Below are positions 30,157-39,316 of a stretch of 64,000 nt of DNA, one piece after another (the first letter of the stretch is position 1; the number at the start of each line of letters is the position of its first letter). The position numbers and the translations under genes are program-made. Source of the DNA: an uncultured Chloroflexia bacterium (lineage in GTDB: Bacteria > Chloroflexota > Limnocylindria > Limnocylindrales > CSP1-4); NCBI GenBank assembly GCA_963833225.1, contig CAWHXD010000019.1, positions 384,001-448,000 on the forward strand, written 5' to 3'. The notes under the pieces were generated by a model. It saw only the letters and a list, made by a program, of their open reading frames with translations, was not told the origin of the DNA and ran no database searches.

Positions 30157-31163
30157 AGGTTGCGAGGCTGCACGGGCCGGGTGACATCCGTCTCGCGTCC
30201 GAGCCGGAGCCGCAGCCCGGGCCCGGCGAGGCCCTCGTCCGGGTGACGGCCGTCGGAATCTGCGGCTCGGACCTGCACTGGTATACCGAGAGCAGCATCG
30301 GCGGAGCCGAGCTCACTCGCCCCCTGGTCCTGGGTCACGAGGCGGCCGGCGTCATCGCGTCCGGGCCGAGGGCCGGCACCCGCGTCGCGATCGATCCCAG
30401 CCTGCCGTGCGGGGCGTGCGAAACCTGTGCCCGGGGGCTGGGCCACCTCTGCCCCCACGTCCGGTTCCTGGGCCACAGCGACACCGACGGCGCGCTGCGC
30501 GAGCAGATCGCCTGGCCCGAGGCGCACCTGGTCCCCATCCCCGACGCGATCGACGACGTTGCCGCGGCCGTCCTCGAGCCGCTCGGGGTCGCCATCCACG
30601 CCATGCGGCTCGCCGGCCTGCGCCCGGGAGGCACCATCGCCATCACCGGTGCCGGACCCATCGGCCAGCTCCTGATCCAGCTGGCGTTCGCCGCGGGCGC
30701 GTCCGCGGTCGCGGCTACCGACATCCTTGCCCATCGTGTCGAGGCGGCCCGCGCCGCCGGGGCGGTGGCAGAGGTCGTGGACGGCGGTGCCGAGCGGGAG
30801 CGCCTCCTGGCAGCCCTTGGTGGCCGGCCCGTGGACACGGCGATCGAGATCGCGGGCGTGGATGACGCGATCGCCACTGCTGCTGCCCTCGTGCGCCCCG
30901 GCGGCACGGTGGTCATTGCCGGCATCCCCACGGGCAACGAGAGCGTCGTCCCGGCCTCGGTGCTGCGTCGCAAGGGCATCGACCTCCGGTTCTCTCGCCG
31001 GATGAACCGGGTCTACCCGGAAGCGATCGCGCTGGTGACCTCAGGACGCGTTCGCCCCGGCGACGTGGTCACCGCGACCTACTCGCTCGACGATGCCGAC
31101 GCCGCGTTCCGGACCGCCGCGCGCCGCGAGGGCGGCAAGGTCGTGGTGCTGCCCAACGCGTAG
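30153..31163 (+). CDS. Zn-dependent polyol (iditol/sorbitol-type) dehydrogenase
   Basis: GICGSDLH, GHE, CGACETC..C, GAGPIG. Confidence 0.9.
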   Translation: MKVARLHGPGDIRLASEPEPQPGPGEALVRVTAVGICGSDLHWYTESSIGGAELTRPLVLGHEAAGVIASGPRAGTRVAIDPSLPCGACETCARGLGHLCPHVRFLGHSDTDGALREQIAWPEAHLVPIPDAIDDVAAAVLEPLGVAIHAMRLAGLRPGGTIAITGAGPIGQLLIQLAFAAGASAVAATDILAHRVEAARAAGAVAEVVDGGAERERLLAALGGRPVDTAIEIAGVDDAIATAAALVRPGGTVVIAGIPTGNESVVPASVLRRKGIDLRFSRRMNRVYPEAIALVTSGRVRPGDVVTATYSLDDADAAFRTAARREGGKVVVLPNA

Positions 31164-31710
31164 CGCGGGCGGTCAACGCGGGTGCCGCGAGAGGGCGCAC
31201 GCGGGGTCGCGAGACGGGCGCCCGCCGGCGGGGTGGCCACGACCACCGCGATCCCGGCGCCCACCGCCCAGGTGGCCAACACCGCCGCGGCATCCGGTCG
31301 ACGCGGATCACCACCAGCGCCCTGACCGCTCCGCGCCTCCTCCGCCGACCAGTCGCGGTCGTGGCGGGTCCGCGGTCGTGGCGGTCGTCAAGGCAGTGCT
31401 CGCGTTGCACCTTGATCAGCAGCCCTGATCAGCGGCGGGTTTCTCCGGACACTGTTGGCCGGACAGGCCGGGATCCCTGCCCGGAGATCAGGGTTCCTGA
31501 TTCTCTTGGCGACTTCCGCGTGTGCTCGGACATCGGCGCCCCGCCGGAACGTCGGGAAGCCGCCGTTGATCATGGGTCGTGATCAAGCGGCGCGGAGCAG
31601 TGCCGTAGGCAACCCCACCGCGAGGCGAGGGACGGCCCAGGGGCAGGCCTGCCTCCTCGGGCACGAGGGGGCTGAGCAGGACGTCGTGGTGCCGGCCGCA
31701 CCACGGACAC

Positions 31711-31770
31711 CGTCCCCTCCTGGGACTCGGACCCCCGTCCCCTCCAGGGACTCGGACGCCCGTCCCTCCC
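31711..31770. repeat. 25-bp tandem direct repeat (2 full copies plus a partial one)
   Basis: CGTCCCCTCC(T/A)GGGACTCGGAC(C/G)CC at 31711 and 31736; partial CGTCCCTCCC at 31761. Confidence 0.8.
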
Positions 31771-31844
31771 GTGTCCGGGCCGGCTGCGTGACGGGCGCAG
31801 AATCGTCGTGCACAGACCTTGAGGGGTGCGGTACCGTTCGGTGG

Positions 31845-31858
31845 TGTTACCGGTAACC
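31845..31858. promoter_or_regulatory. LacI-type operator
   Basis: Palindrome GTTACCGGTAAC about 75 bp upstream of the LacI gene. Confidence 0.65.
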
Positions 31859-31932
31859 GACGCCGCTGGCCCGCTTCCCCTGCCCTCGATCTCCCTGCGG
31901 CCCTCCCGATCCGAACCCAGACCTCAGATCCC

Positions 31933-32979
31933 ATGAGCACCATCAGCGACGTTGCCAGGCGAGCCGGCGTGTCCGCGATGACCGTCTCGCGGGTCGTCAA
32001 CGGCACCGGCTACACCAGCACGGAGACGCGCGCCCGCGTGGAGGCGGCCATCAAGGAGCTGGGCTACGTGCCCAACGCCCTTGCCCGCCAACTGCGGTCG
32101 AAGCGCACCAAGACCCTCGCTCTCGTGGTCTCGGACATCTCCAACCCGTTCTTCACCACGATCGCTCGCGGCGTCGAGGACGTCGCGATGGCCCACGGCT
32201 TCTCGGTCATGTACGGCAACACCGACGAGTCCGAGGCCGAGGAGGAGCAGTACCTCCTGATGCTGGTCGAACGCCAGATCGACGGCATCCTCCTGGTGCC
32301 CACCCGGAGCTCCGGCGAGTCGTTCCGGCTCCTGCGCACCCACCACGTGCCGGTCGTCGTCCTGGACCGCCGGATCGACGCCGGCGCCGTCGATACCGTG
32401 CGCTGCGATTCCGAGGCCGGTGCCCACGCGCTCACGAGGCACCTGCTCGAGCTCGGCCACCGCGACATCGCCGTGCTGACCGGCCGCGAGACCATCTCGA
32501 CCTCCGTCGACCGCGTGGCGGGCTGCCGGCGAGCCATGGAGGAGGCCGGGCTCGACCTGCCCGGCGAGCGCGTGCAGTATGGCGGCTACATGTTCGGGAA
32601 GAGCCACCAGGCCGATGGCCACCGGATGGCGCAACGGGTCCTCGACGGCCTGGGCCTGCTGCCCACGGCCATGTTCTGTGCCAACAACTTCATCGCCTTC
32701 GGGGCGATCCGGGCGCTGCGCGAGCGAGGCCTGCGGGTGCCCGACGACATGAGCATCGTCGCCTTCGACGATCTGCCGGCGGAATGGGTCAGCGAGCCCT
32801 TCCTCACCTGTGCGGCCCAGCCCGCCTACGACATCGGGCACTGCGCCGCCGCGCGCCTCCTCGGCCACATCTCCGGCGAGCAGGTGCCCAGGGGCGAGTC
32901 CGTCGTGCTCCCGTACGAGCTGATCATCCGGCGGTCCAGCGGACCGCCGCGAACCATCGACCTGGTCGCCACGGGCTGA
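31933..32979 (+). CDS. LacI-family regulator
   Basis: TISDVARRAGVSAMTVSRVVN, YVPNALARQL, VPDDMSIVAFDD. Confidence 0.95.
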   Translation: MSTISDVARRAGVSAMTVSRVVNGTGYTSTETRARVEAAIKELGYVPNALARQLRSKRTKTLALVVSDISNPFFTTIARGVEDVAMAHGFSVMYGNTDESEAEEEQYLLMLVERQIDGILLVPTRSSGESFRLLRTHHVPVVVLDRRIDAGAVDTVRCDSEAGAHALTRHLLELGHRDIAVLTGRETISTSVDRVAGCRRAMEEAGLDLPGERVQYGGYMFGKSHQADGHRMAQRVLDGLGLLPTAMFCANNFIAFGAIRALRERGLRVPDDMSIVAFDDLPAEWVSEPFLTCAAQPAYDIGHCAAARLLGHISGEQVPRGESVVLPYELIIRRSSGPPRTIDLVATG

Positions 32980-33012
32980 CCGTGCTCGAACCCATGACGT
33001 AAAGGAGGCCCG

Positions 33013-33432
33013 ATGCTCAAGACCCGCCTGCTTCACCCGGAGATCCTCGCCGCGCTCGGCGAGGCCGGCCACGGCGCCCAGGTGCTGATCGCGGACGGCA
33101 ACTACCCGCTGGCCACGCGCTCCAACCCCGACGCCTACCGGGTGTTCCTCAATCTCGCGCCCGGCCAGCTCACCGTCACCGACGTCCTCGACGTCATCGC
33201 CGACGCGATCCCCATCGAGGCCGCCTGCGTGATGGGCCCCGACGATGACACGGAGCCGTCGATCTACGCGGACTTCCGACGGATCCTGCCGGACACGGAG
33301 CTCCAGCGGCTGGGCCGCTTCGAGTTCTACGACATGGCCAGGGGCCCGGACACGGCGCTCGCGATCGCCACCGGCGAGCAGCGCATCTACGCCAACATCC
33401 TGCTCACCATCGGGGTGGTGATGCCCGAGTAG
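33013..33432 (+). CDS. fucU: RbsD/FucU-family mutarotase
   Basis: [37 protein letters not shown]; lies upstream of fucI. Confidence 0.85.
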   Translation: MLKTRLLHPEILAALGEAGHGAQVLIADGNYPLATRSNPDAYRVFLNLAPGQLTVTDVLDVIADAIPIEAACVMGPDDDTEPSIYADFRRILPDTELQRLGRFEFYDMARGPDTALAIATGEQRIYANILLTIGVVMPE

Positions 33433-33484
33433 GGCAGGGCAGGTTTCGTTCACACCGCGTCCCAGGAACAAGAGGACCACGACC

Positions 33485-35290
33485 ATGACCACCGTCAACA
33501 CGTCCGGCCGCTTCGTCGGGGACTGGCCCAGGATCGGTATCCGCCCCGCGGTCGACGGCCGCCAGCACGGCGTCCGTGAGTCGCTCGAGGAGCAGACCCG
33601 GAACATGGCGCTCCGGACGGCGGAGCTCATCCGCGCCAACCTGCGCTACCCGGACGGCACGCCCGTGGAGGTCGTGGTCCCCGACCACAACATCGGCGGC
33701 GTGTACGAGGCGGCCAAGGTTGCCGAGCTGTTCCGCAAGGAGGGCGTTGGCGTCTCGCTGACGATCACGCCCTGCTGGTGCTACGGCTCCGAGACGATGG
33801 ACATGGATCCCCTGACCCCCAAGGCCGTATGGGGCTTCAACGGCACCGAGCGCCCGGGCGCTGTGTACCTCGCGGCGGTCCTCGCCGCCCACACCCAGAA
33901 GGGGCTGCCGGCGTTCGGCATCTACGGCCGAGACGTCCAGGACGCCGGCGACGGCACGATCCCTGACGACGTGCAGGCGAAGATCCTGCGCTTTGCGCGG
34001 GCCGGCATGGCCGCCGCGATCCTGCGCGGCAAGTCGTACCTGAGCCTCGGTGGCGTGTCCATGGGCATCGCCGGCTCGATCGTGGACCAGCCGTTCTTCG
34101 AGAAGTACCTGGGCATGCGTGTCGAGGCCGTCGACATGTCCGAGATCTACCGCCGGCTCGAGGAGGGGATCTACGACCCGGTCGAGTTCGAGAAGGGTCT
34201 CGCCTGGGCCAGGGCCAACTGCCGCGAGGGTGTGGATCGCAACCCGGCCGACAAGGCCAAGACCCGCGAGGAGCTCGACCGCGACTGGGAGGTCGTGGTC
34301 AAGATGACCCTCATCGCGCGCGATCTCCTGGTGGGCAACCCGAGACTCGCCGAGCTCGGCTTCGGCGAGGAGGCGCTGGGCCGCAACGCGATCCTGGGCG
34401 GGTTCCAGGGTCAGCGGGCATGGACCGACCACAGCCCCAACGGCGACTTCATGGAGGCGATCCTCAACTCCAGCTTCGACTGGAACGGGATCCGCGCCCC
34501 GCACATGTTCGCGACCGAGAACGACTCGCTCAACGGCGCGACGATGCTGCTCTCCTACCTGCTGACCAACCGGGCCCAGATCTTCGCGGACGTCCGCACA
34601 TACTGGAGCGCGGAGGCCGTGGAGCGGGTGACCGGGCACAGGCTCGAGGGTCTCGCCGCGGGCGGCTTCATCCACCTCATCAACTCCGGCGCGGCGACGC
34701 TCGACGCCACCGGCGCGATGACGGACGCCGACGGCAAGCCGGCCATGAAGCCGTTCTGGGACATCACCGACGGCGACGTGAAGGCCGCGCTCGCGGCCAC
34801 GACCTGGTACCCGGCCAACCGCGGCTACTTCCGCGGCGGCGGCTTCTCCAGCCAGTTCGTGTCCAAGGGCGGGATGCCCGTCACCATGGCCCGCCTCAAC
34901 CTCGTGAGCGGGACCGGACCCGTGCTCCAGATCGCCGAGGGCTGGACCGTGGACCTGCCCACGGATGTCCACGACATCCTGGACCAGCGGACGGATCCCA
35001 CCTGGCCCACCCACTGGTTCGTGCCGCGGACCACGGGCGAGGGCGTCTTCCGCGATGTCTACACCGTGATGGCCAACTGGGCCGCGAACCACGGTGCGAT
35101 CAGCTACGGCCACATCGGTGCCGACCTGATCAGCCTGGCCTCGGTGCTCCGGATCCCGGTCCACATGCACAACGTGGCCGAGGAGGATCTCTTCCGACCC
35201 AGCGCGTGGGCCAACCTGGGCACGGCCGATCCGGAGGGCGCCGACTTCCGGGCCTGCGCCAGCTTCGGCCCGCTCTACGGTCGCAAGTAG
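33485..35290 (+). CDS. fucI: L-fucose isomerase
   Basis: [74 protein letters not shown]. Confidence 0.97.
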   Translation: MTTVNTSGRFVGDWPRIGIRPAVDGRQHGVRESLEEQTRNMALRTAELIRANLRYPDGTPVEVVVPDHNIGGVYEAAKVAELFRKEGVGVSLTITPCWCYGSETMDMDPLTPKAVWGFNGTERPGAVYLAAVLAAHTQKGLPAFGIYGRDVQDAGDGTIPDDVQAKILRFARAGMAAAILRGKSYLSLGGVSMGIAGSIVDQPFFEKYLGMRVEAVDMSEIYRRLEEGIYDPVEFEKGLAWARANCREGVDRNPADKAKTREELDRDWEVVVKMTLIARDLLVGNPRLAELGFGEEALGRNAILGGFQGQRAWTDHSPNGDFMEAILNSSFDWNGIRAPHMFATENDSLNGATMLLSYLLTNRAQIFADVRTYWSAEAVERVTGHRLEGLAAGGFIHLINSGAATLDATGAMTDADGKPAMKPFWDITDGDVKAALAATTWYPANRGYFRGGGFSSQFVSKGGMPVTMARLNLVSGTGPVLQIAEGWTVDLPTDVHDILDQRTDPTWPTHWFVPRTTGEGVFRDVYTVMANWAANHGAISYGHIGADLISLASVLRIPVHMHNVAEEDLFRPSAWANLGTADPEGADFRACASFGPLYGRK

Positions 35291-35313
35291 CCGCCCGCTC
35301 GCGTCAGCCTTGC

Positions 35314-35343
35314 CGGCCGTCCCGCTCTCGGGCGGGGCGGCCG
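35314..35343. terminator. Hairpin between convergent fucI and mutarotase genes
   Basis: CGGCCGTCCCGC-N6-GCGGGGCGGCCG. Confidence 0.5.
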
Positions 35344-35380
35344 ATGCCTGTCCGGGACGGTGCCCGCCGGCCTCGGTGCC

Positions 35381-35704
35381 TCAGTCCTGGTGGAACAGCT
35401 CGTCCATCGACGCCCACCATTCGCCCTCGGCGCGGTCGGCGAGCGGCTCCTGGAGCGGCTTGTTGACCGCCCACCACTCCTGGGTCGTGGGATCCTCGCC
35501 CATCCGGGCCATGTCTGCCTCGTAGTCCTCGCCGACGTACTCGAAGTAGCTGAACAGCCAGCCGCCGCGGTGGTAGATCGAGTAGTTGCGGATGTTGCAC
35601 TCGGTGATCTTGGCGAGCACCGCCGGCCACACCGCGGCGTGGAGCTCGCCGTACCGGGCAAGGTTCTCGGGGGGCATGCGCAGCACGCTGGCGTACCTGG
35701 TCAT
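35381..35704 (-). CDS. RhaM-family (rhamnose/fucose) mutarotase
   Basis: YGELHAAVWP, NIRNYSIY, LFSYFEYVG, TQEWW, WWASMDELFH. Confidence 0.9.
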   Translation of the reverse strand: MTRYASVLRMPPENLARYGELHAAVWPAVLAKITECNIRNYSIYHRGGWLFSYFEYVGEDYEADMARMGEDPTTQEWWAVNKPLQEPLADRAEGEWWASMDELFHQD

Positions 35705-35785
35705 CCTGGTGCCTCCACGATGCATGGGTGGGGGATTGGCGCCCGGCGGGGAGGAGGTCCGCCGGGCGCCGTGATCGACGGAGAG

Positions 35786-36976
35786 CTATTCCGCCGGCAG
35801 ATGAAGCGGGTACGTCCCGTACTCGCGGACGAGCTTGACGATCTGGTCGTAGGTGTGACCCGACACGTCGCTCGCGACCGAGTGGTCGCTCATGAATACG
35901 TAGCCGCCGCCCTCGGCGGCGCGCAGCCGGTGGAGCACCTCGCGACGTACCTCGTCCGGATCGCCGCGCTCCCAGACGCGGATGTCGCTGTTGCCGCAGA
36001 ACGTGAGCCGATGGCCCAGCCGCTCGCGGAGCGTGACGACGTCGAGGTCCGCCTTGGCCTCGAGCGGGTTGTAGCCGTCGAGCCCGATCTCGATCATGTC
36101 CTCGAAGATCGCGTTGGCGTTGCCGCACCCGTGGTACATGACCAGCAGGCCGTGCTGGTGGGCCAGCTCGATGATCCGGGCGACCGTCGGCTTGTAGTAC
36201 TTGCGCCAGTAGGTGGGGCCCATGAACAGGCTCTTGCCGTAGGCGACGTCGCCCCAGATGACGAGCCCGTCCAGGAGGCCGTCCGCCGCCTCGATCTGGG
36301 CCTTGGCGATCTCGTAGCTGAACTCGCCGATGCGAAGCAGCTGCTCGCCGAACCGCTCCGGGAACTCGCCGGTCCACATCAGGGTGTTGAGCTGGCCCAG
36401 GAGGCGCGTGCAGATCTCGGACGCCTCCGTGACGCTGCCGAACACCGGGAAGTCCGGGTACAGCCCCTTGACGGTCTCCACCCACGGCGGGCTGTTGCGC
36501 TCGAAGCCATCGCCCACGCCGGCGATCTGGTTGTCGCCGGCCTCGAAGTAGCGGCGCCGGTCGGTCGGGTCGTCGAACTCGAACGCCTCCAGCTTCTCGA
36601 TCGTGTCCGTCTCCCAGCTCACCTGCTCGGGCATCGGCAGGTCGAAGCGCTTGCGGATCGTGGTCTCGAAGCCGGTCTTGACCACCACCTCCTCGTCGTC
36701 CTCGCGGATCGTCTCGAAGGCCCGGATGTGGGGATCCATGTTGGGGACGGTGGTGATGAAGTCGAGGTCGTAGTGGTAGTACGGATCGGCGTCGGCCGGC
36801 AGCCCCAGCTCCGTGCGCCACCGGTCACGGAACTGGCCCCAGAAGAAGTCCGTGATCGGGACGCGGTCCGCCTCCTGGTGCCCGAAGGTCTTCCGGATCC
36901 GGTCCAGCTTGGCCAGCGTCGAGGGCTTGCGGTCCGTGCCTCCGCCCCGTCCGTAGGTCTCGAACATGCCGGGCAT
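35786..36976 (-). CDS. UroD/MtaA-CmuA-fold protein (putative cobamide-dependent methyltransferase)
   Basis: ADRVP, WGDVAY, YHGCG metal motif, NPLE, GGGYVFMSDHSV; lies 4 bp downstream of the corrinoid-protein gene. Confidence 0.8.
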   Translation of the reverse strand: MPGMFETYGRGGGTDRKPSTLAKLDRIRKTFGHQEADRVPITDFFWGQFRDRWRTELGLPADADPYYHYDLDFITTVPNMDPHIRAFETIREDDEEVVVKTGFETTIRKRFDLPMPEQVSWETDTIEKLEAFEFDDPTDRRRYFEAGDNQIAGVGDGFERNSPPWVETVKGLYPDFPVFGSVTEASEICTRLLGQLNTLMWTGEFPERFGEQLLRIGEFSYEIAKAQIEAADGLLDGLVIWGDVAYGKSLFMGPTYWRKYYKPTVARIIELAHQHGLLVMYHGCGNANAIFEDMIEIGLDGYNPLEAKADLDVVTLRERLGHRLTFCGNSDIRVWERGDPDEVRREVLHRLRAAEGGGYVFMSDHSVASDVSGHTYDQIVKLVREYGTYPLHLPAE

Positions 36977-36980
36977 CGGA

Positions 36981-37610
36981 TCAGCTCCCCGCCAACAGCT
37001 GCTTGGCCAGGTCCACCGCCGCACCCGCATCGGGAGCGAAGCCGTCGGCGCCGATCTGCTCGGCGAACTCGGGCGTGGTGGGCGCGCCACCGATCATCAC
37101 CTTGGCACCGACGTCGGCGGCCTTGATGGCCTCCACCACGGCCCGCATGTTGGGCATCGTGGTGGTCAGCAGGGCGCTGAGGCCGATCAGGCGGGCGTCG
37201 TGCTCGCGGGCGGCCTCGACGAACTTGGCGGCGGACACGTTCACCCCGAGGTCGATGACCTCGATCGCCGCTCCCTTGAGCATCATGCCGACCAGGTTCT
37301 TGCCGATGTCGTGGAGGTCGCCCTCGACGGTCCCGATCACCGCCGTGTGCTCGGGCCGGATCCCGGCCTCCACCAGGCTCGGCTCGAGGATGGCCGTGGC
37401 TTCCTTCATCGCCCTCGCGGCGATGAGCATCTCGGGGACGAAGATCTCGCCCTCCTGGAACTTGCGGCCGATGACCCCCATCGCCTCGGTCATCGCATCC
37501 AGGATCTCCTGGGCCGATACGCCCGCCGCCAGGGCCTCGGTTGTCAGCCGGGCCGCCGATGCCCGGTCGCCTGCCTCGATCGCCCTGCCCAGCTCGCCCA
37601 GGTCAGCCAT
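36981..37610 (-). CDS. Corrinoid (B12)-binding methyltransferase partner protein
   Basis: FVPEMLIAA cap; GTVEGDLHDIGKNLV (DxHxxG); SALLTTT; IGGAP. Confidence 0.95.
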   Translation of the reverse strand: MADLGELGRAIEAGDRASAARLTTEALAAGVSAQEILDAMTEAMGVIGRKFQEGEIFVPEMLIAARAMKEATAILEPSLVEAGIRPEHTAVIGTVEGDLHDIGKNLVGMMLKGAAIEVIDLGVNVSAAKFVEAAREHDARLIGLSALLTTTMPNMRAVVEAIKAADVGAKVMIGGAPTTPEFAEQIGADGFAPDAGAAVDLAKQLLAGS

Positions 37611-37672
37611 GTCTGTGACTCCTCTCGATACCAGGGTCGCGGTGGCCGCTCGTGGCCCCGCTCGCCCCGGGG

Positions 37673-38995
37673 TTATGCCTTGGCCAGCCGCATGGCGACG
37701 TCGACCCACTCCCAGAGCCGTCGTGCGTCGTAGCGGATCGTGCTGACGTCCTTGAGGATCAGCTCCACCGGTGTCCCGGTGCGCCGGCACGCGTCGATCG
37801 TTGCCTGGAGCTCCTTCTCGACTGCCTCGGGCTCCCAGCTGTCCATCGCGAGGAGCGCCGGGTTGGGCTTGCGCGAGAACACGAAGTCGGGACCCATGCT
37901 CTCCGCGCCACGGTCCACGTTGACCCACGGGCACATCGAGATCTTCCGGACGTTGGGGATCTCCCGGATGATGTCGATCCGCCGGTCGAGCACGTCGCAG
38001 CAGCCGTAGTAGCCGAGCCCGAACCGCTCGTACCAGCGGACGGTGTACGGGATCTCGTACTCCTTGAACATCGCCGGCGAGGCGGAGGTGAAGACCTGCG
38101 CCATGCCCATCGTCCACAGGTCCTCGGCCCGCGGTCGCTCCGGGTCGAAGCCCTCGTGCGGCAGATCGTCGGTCCAGGCCGGCGTGCAGTGGACCGTGGA
38201 CATCGAGTGCCCGAGCAGGCCCTGCGCCTCCATCTGGTCGAGCATGCCGAGATACGCGGTCACCAGGCGGTCGATGATCCGGCGCGTATGGTCCGGGCGA
38301 TCCGCCATGTCGATCAGGATGGCCTCCGCGCCTCGCCAGAACTCGATGGTGTCCCAGAAGTTCGCCCCGCCCGCCAGCAGCTCCGTCGGCCAGTCGTGCA
38401 CCAGGGCCCGCGTCTCGGGCTGGGACTCGAGGCCGGGCCACTGGTTGGTGCTCGGCACCCAGCCCTGGAGACGGACGGGCAGCACGCCGTCGAAGATGTC
38501 GTGCGCCTGGGCCTCGATCCGGGCGGTCTCCTCGGCATCGAGCCAGACCTTCGGGGTCCGGATCTTGTCGGCGTCCGACTCGTTCGCGAGCTGGTCGATG
38601 AAGTGGTGGGAGACGATGTCGTTGCGGGCGTCGACGGCCTCGGTCTCCTCGACCATCTCGATCCCGAAGCCATCCAGGCGGAGGACCTTCGGGATGAGCA
38701 GCACCGGCTCGACCACCATGTCCGCGCGTATGTGCTCCCAGCGATACAGGGTGCGGCGAAGATCGATCTCGAGCCCGCGATTGAATGGGTCCGTGCACTG
38801 GTTGACCAGCATCGGATCATCGGCCAGCTCGTGCCAGGGCAGCTGGTCCAGCGCCACCATCGGGCGCTGCGGATGCAGGTCGTTGACCGCCTTCCAGAGC
38901 GAGATGGTCTCCTGCTGGACGGGCAGCGCCGCGATCTCGGCGACGCGGCTTCCGAGCTCCCGCAGGATCTCGCGGTCCCGGGCTACCCCGGCCAT
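37673..38995 (-). CDS. Uncharacterised UroD/MetE-barrel-like protein, first gene of the corrinoid operon
   Basis: WRGAEAILIDM, SPAMFKEY, YYGCCD, KISMCPW, SRKPNP, ILKDVST; AGGAG RBS before ATG 38995. Confidence 0.65.
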   Translation of the reverse strand: MAGVARDREILRELGSRVAEIAALPVQQETISLWKAVNDLHPQRPMVALDQLPWHELADDPMLVNQCTDPFNRGLEIDLRRTLYRWEHIRADMVVEPVLLIPKVLRLDGFGIEMVEETEAVDARNDIVSHHFIDQLANESDADKIRTPKVWLDAEETARIEAQAHDIFDGVLPVRLQGWVPSTNQWPGLESQPETRALVHDWPTELLAGGANFWDTIEFWRGAEAILIDMADRPDHTRRIIDRLVTAYLGMLDQMEAQGLLGHSMSTVHCTPAWTDDLPHEGFDPERPRAEDLWTMGMAQVFTSASPAMFKEYEIPYTVRWYERFGLGYYGCCDVLDRRIDIIREIPNVRKISMCPWVNVDRGAESMGPDFVFSRKPNPALLAMDSWEPEAVEKELQATIDACRRTGTPVELILKDVSTIRYDARRLWEWVDVAMRLAKA

Positions 38996-39316
38996 ATGCC
39001 ACTCCTCCAGGACGCCTGTATCGTCAACCCTGGGCCGCCGCGGGCCCGTCCGCGACACCTCAAGGGTGCAAGACTACCATAATCGGCCGTTGGTATATCG
39101 ATTTTTCGCGCCATTCGTGGCACCATTCAGGCACCGCGACGTGCGTGACCCGGGCGATCTCCGCACGAATGGGGAGGACATGAGCCAGACGCTGACAAGG
39201 CACCCGGATACGGTGAATGGAGGACCGATGGTTCGTCATGGGCCAGAAGTCACGCGTGATAGCGATCCCAGCCACTGCTCGCTGGCCGATCCATGCCCGG
39301 CCACGAGGCCCGGGCT

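Noticed and set aside
31069-31573. Short minus-strand ORFs after the polyol dehydrogenase
   Set aside because: They have no RBS or recognisable motif and partly overlap the upstream gene.
31711-31770. Possible CRISPR array
   Set aside because: The repeats are contiguous with no unique spacers, there are fewer than three full copies, and no cas genes are present.
35786-36976. True uroporphyrinogen decarboxylase (hemE)
   Set aside because: It lacks the RQAGR motif, has an HxC metal motif and is adjacent to a corrinoid protein, so a methyltransferase-like role fits better.
39000-39316. Possible cobalamin riboswitch near the corrinoid operon (CGGTGAA and GCCACTG seen)
   Set aside because: The GGGAA, ACTGT and B12-box elements are not in the right order, and the fragments are on the strand opposite the corrinoid operon. 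An Infernal search would settle it.
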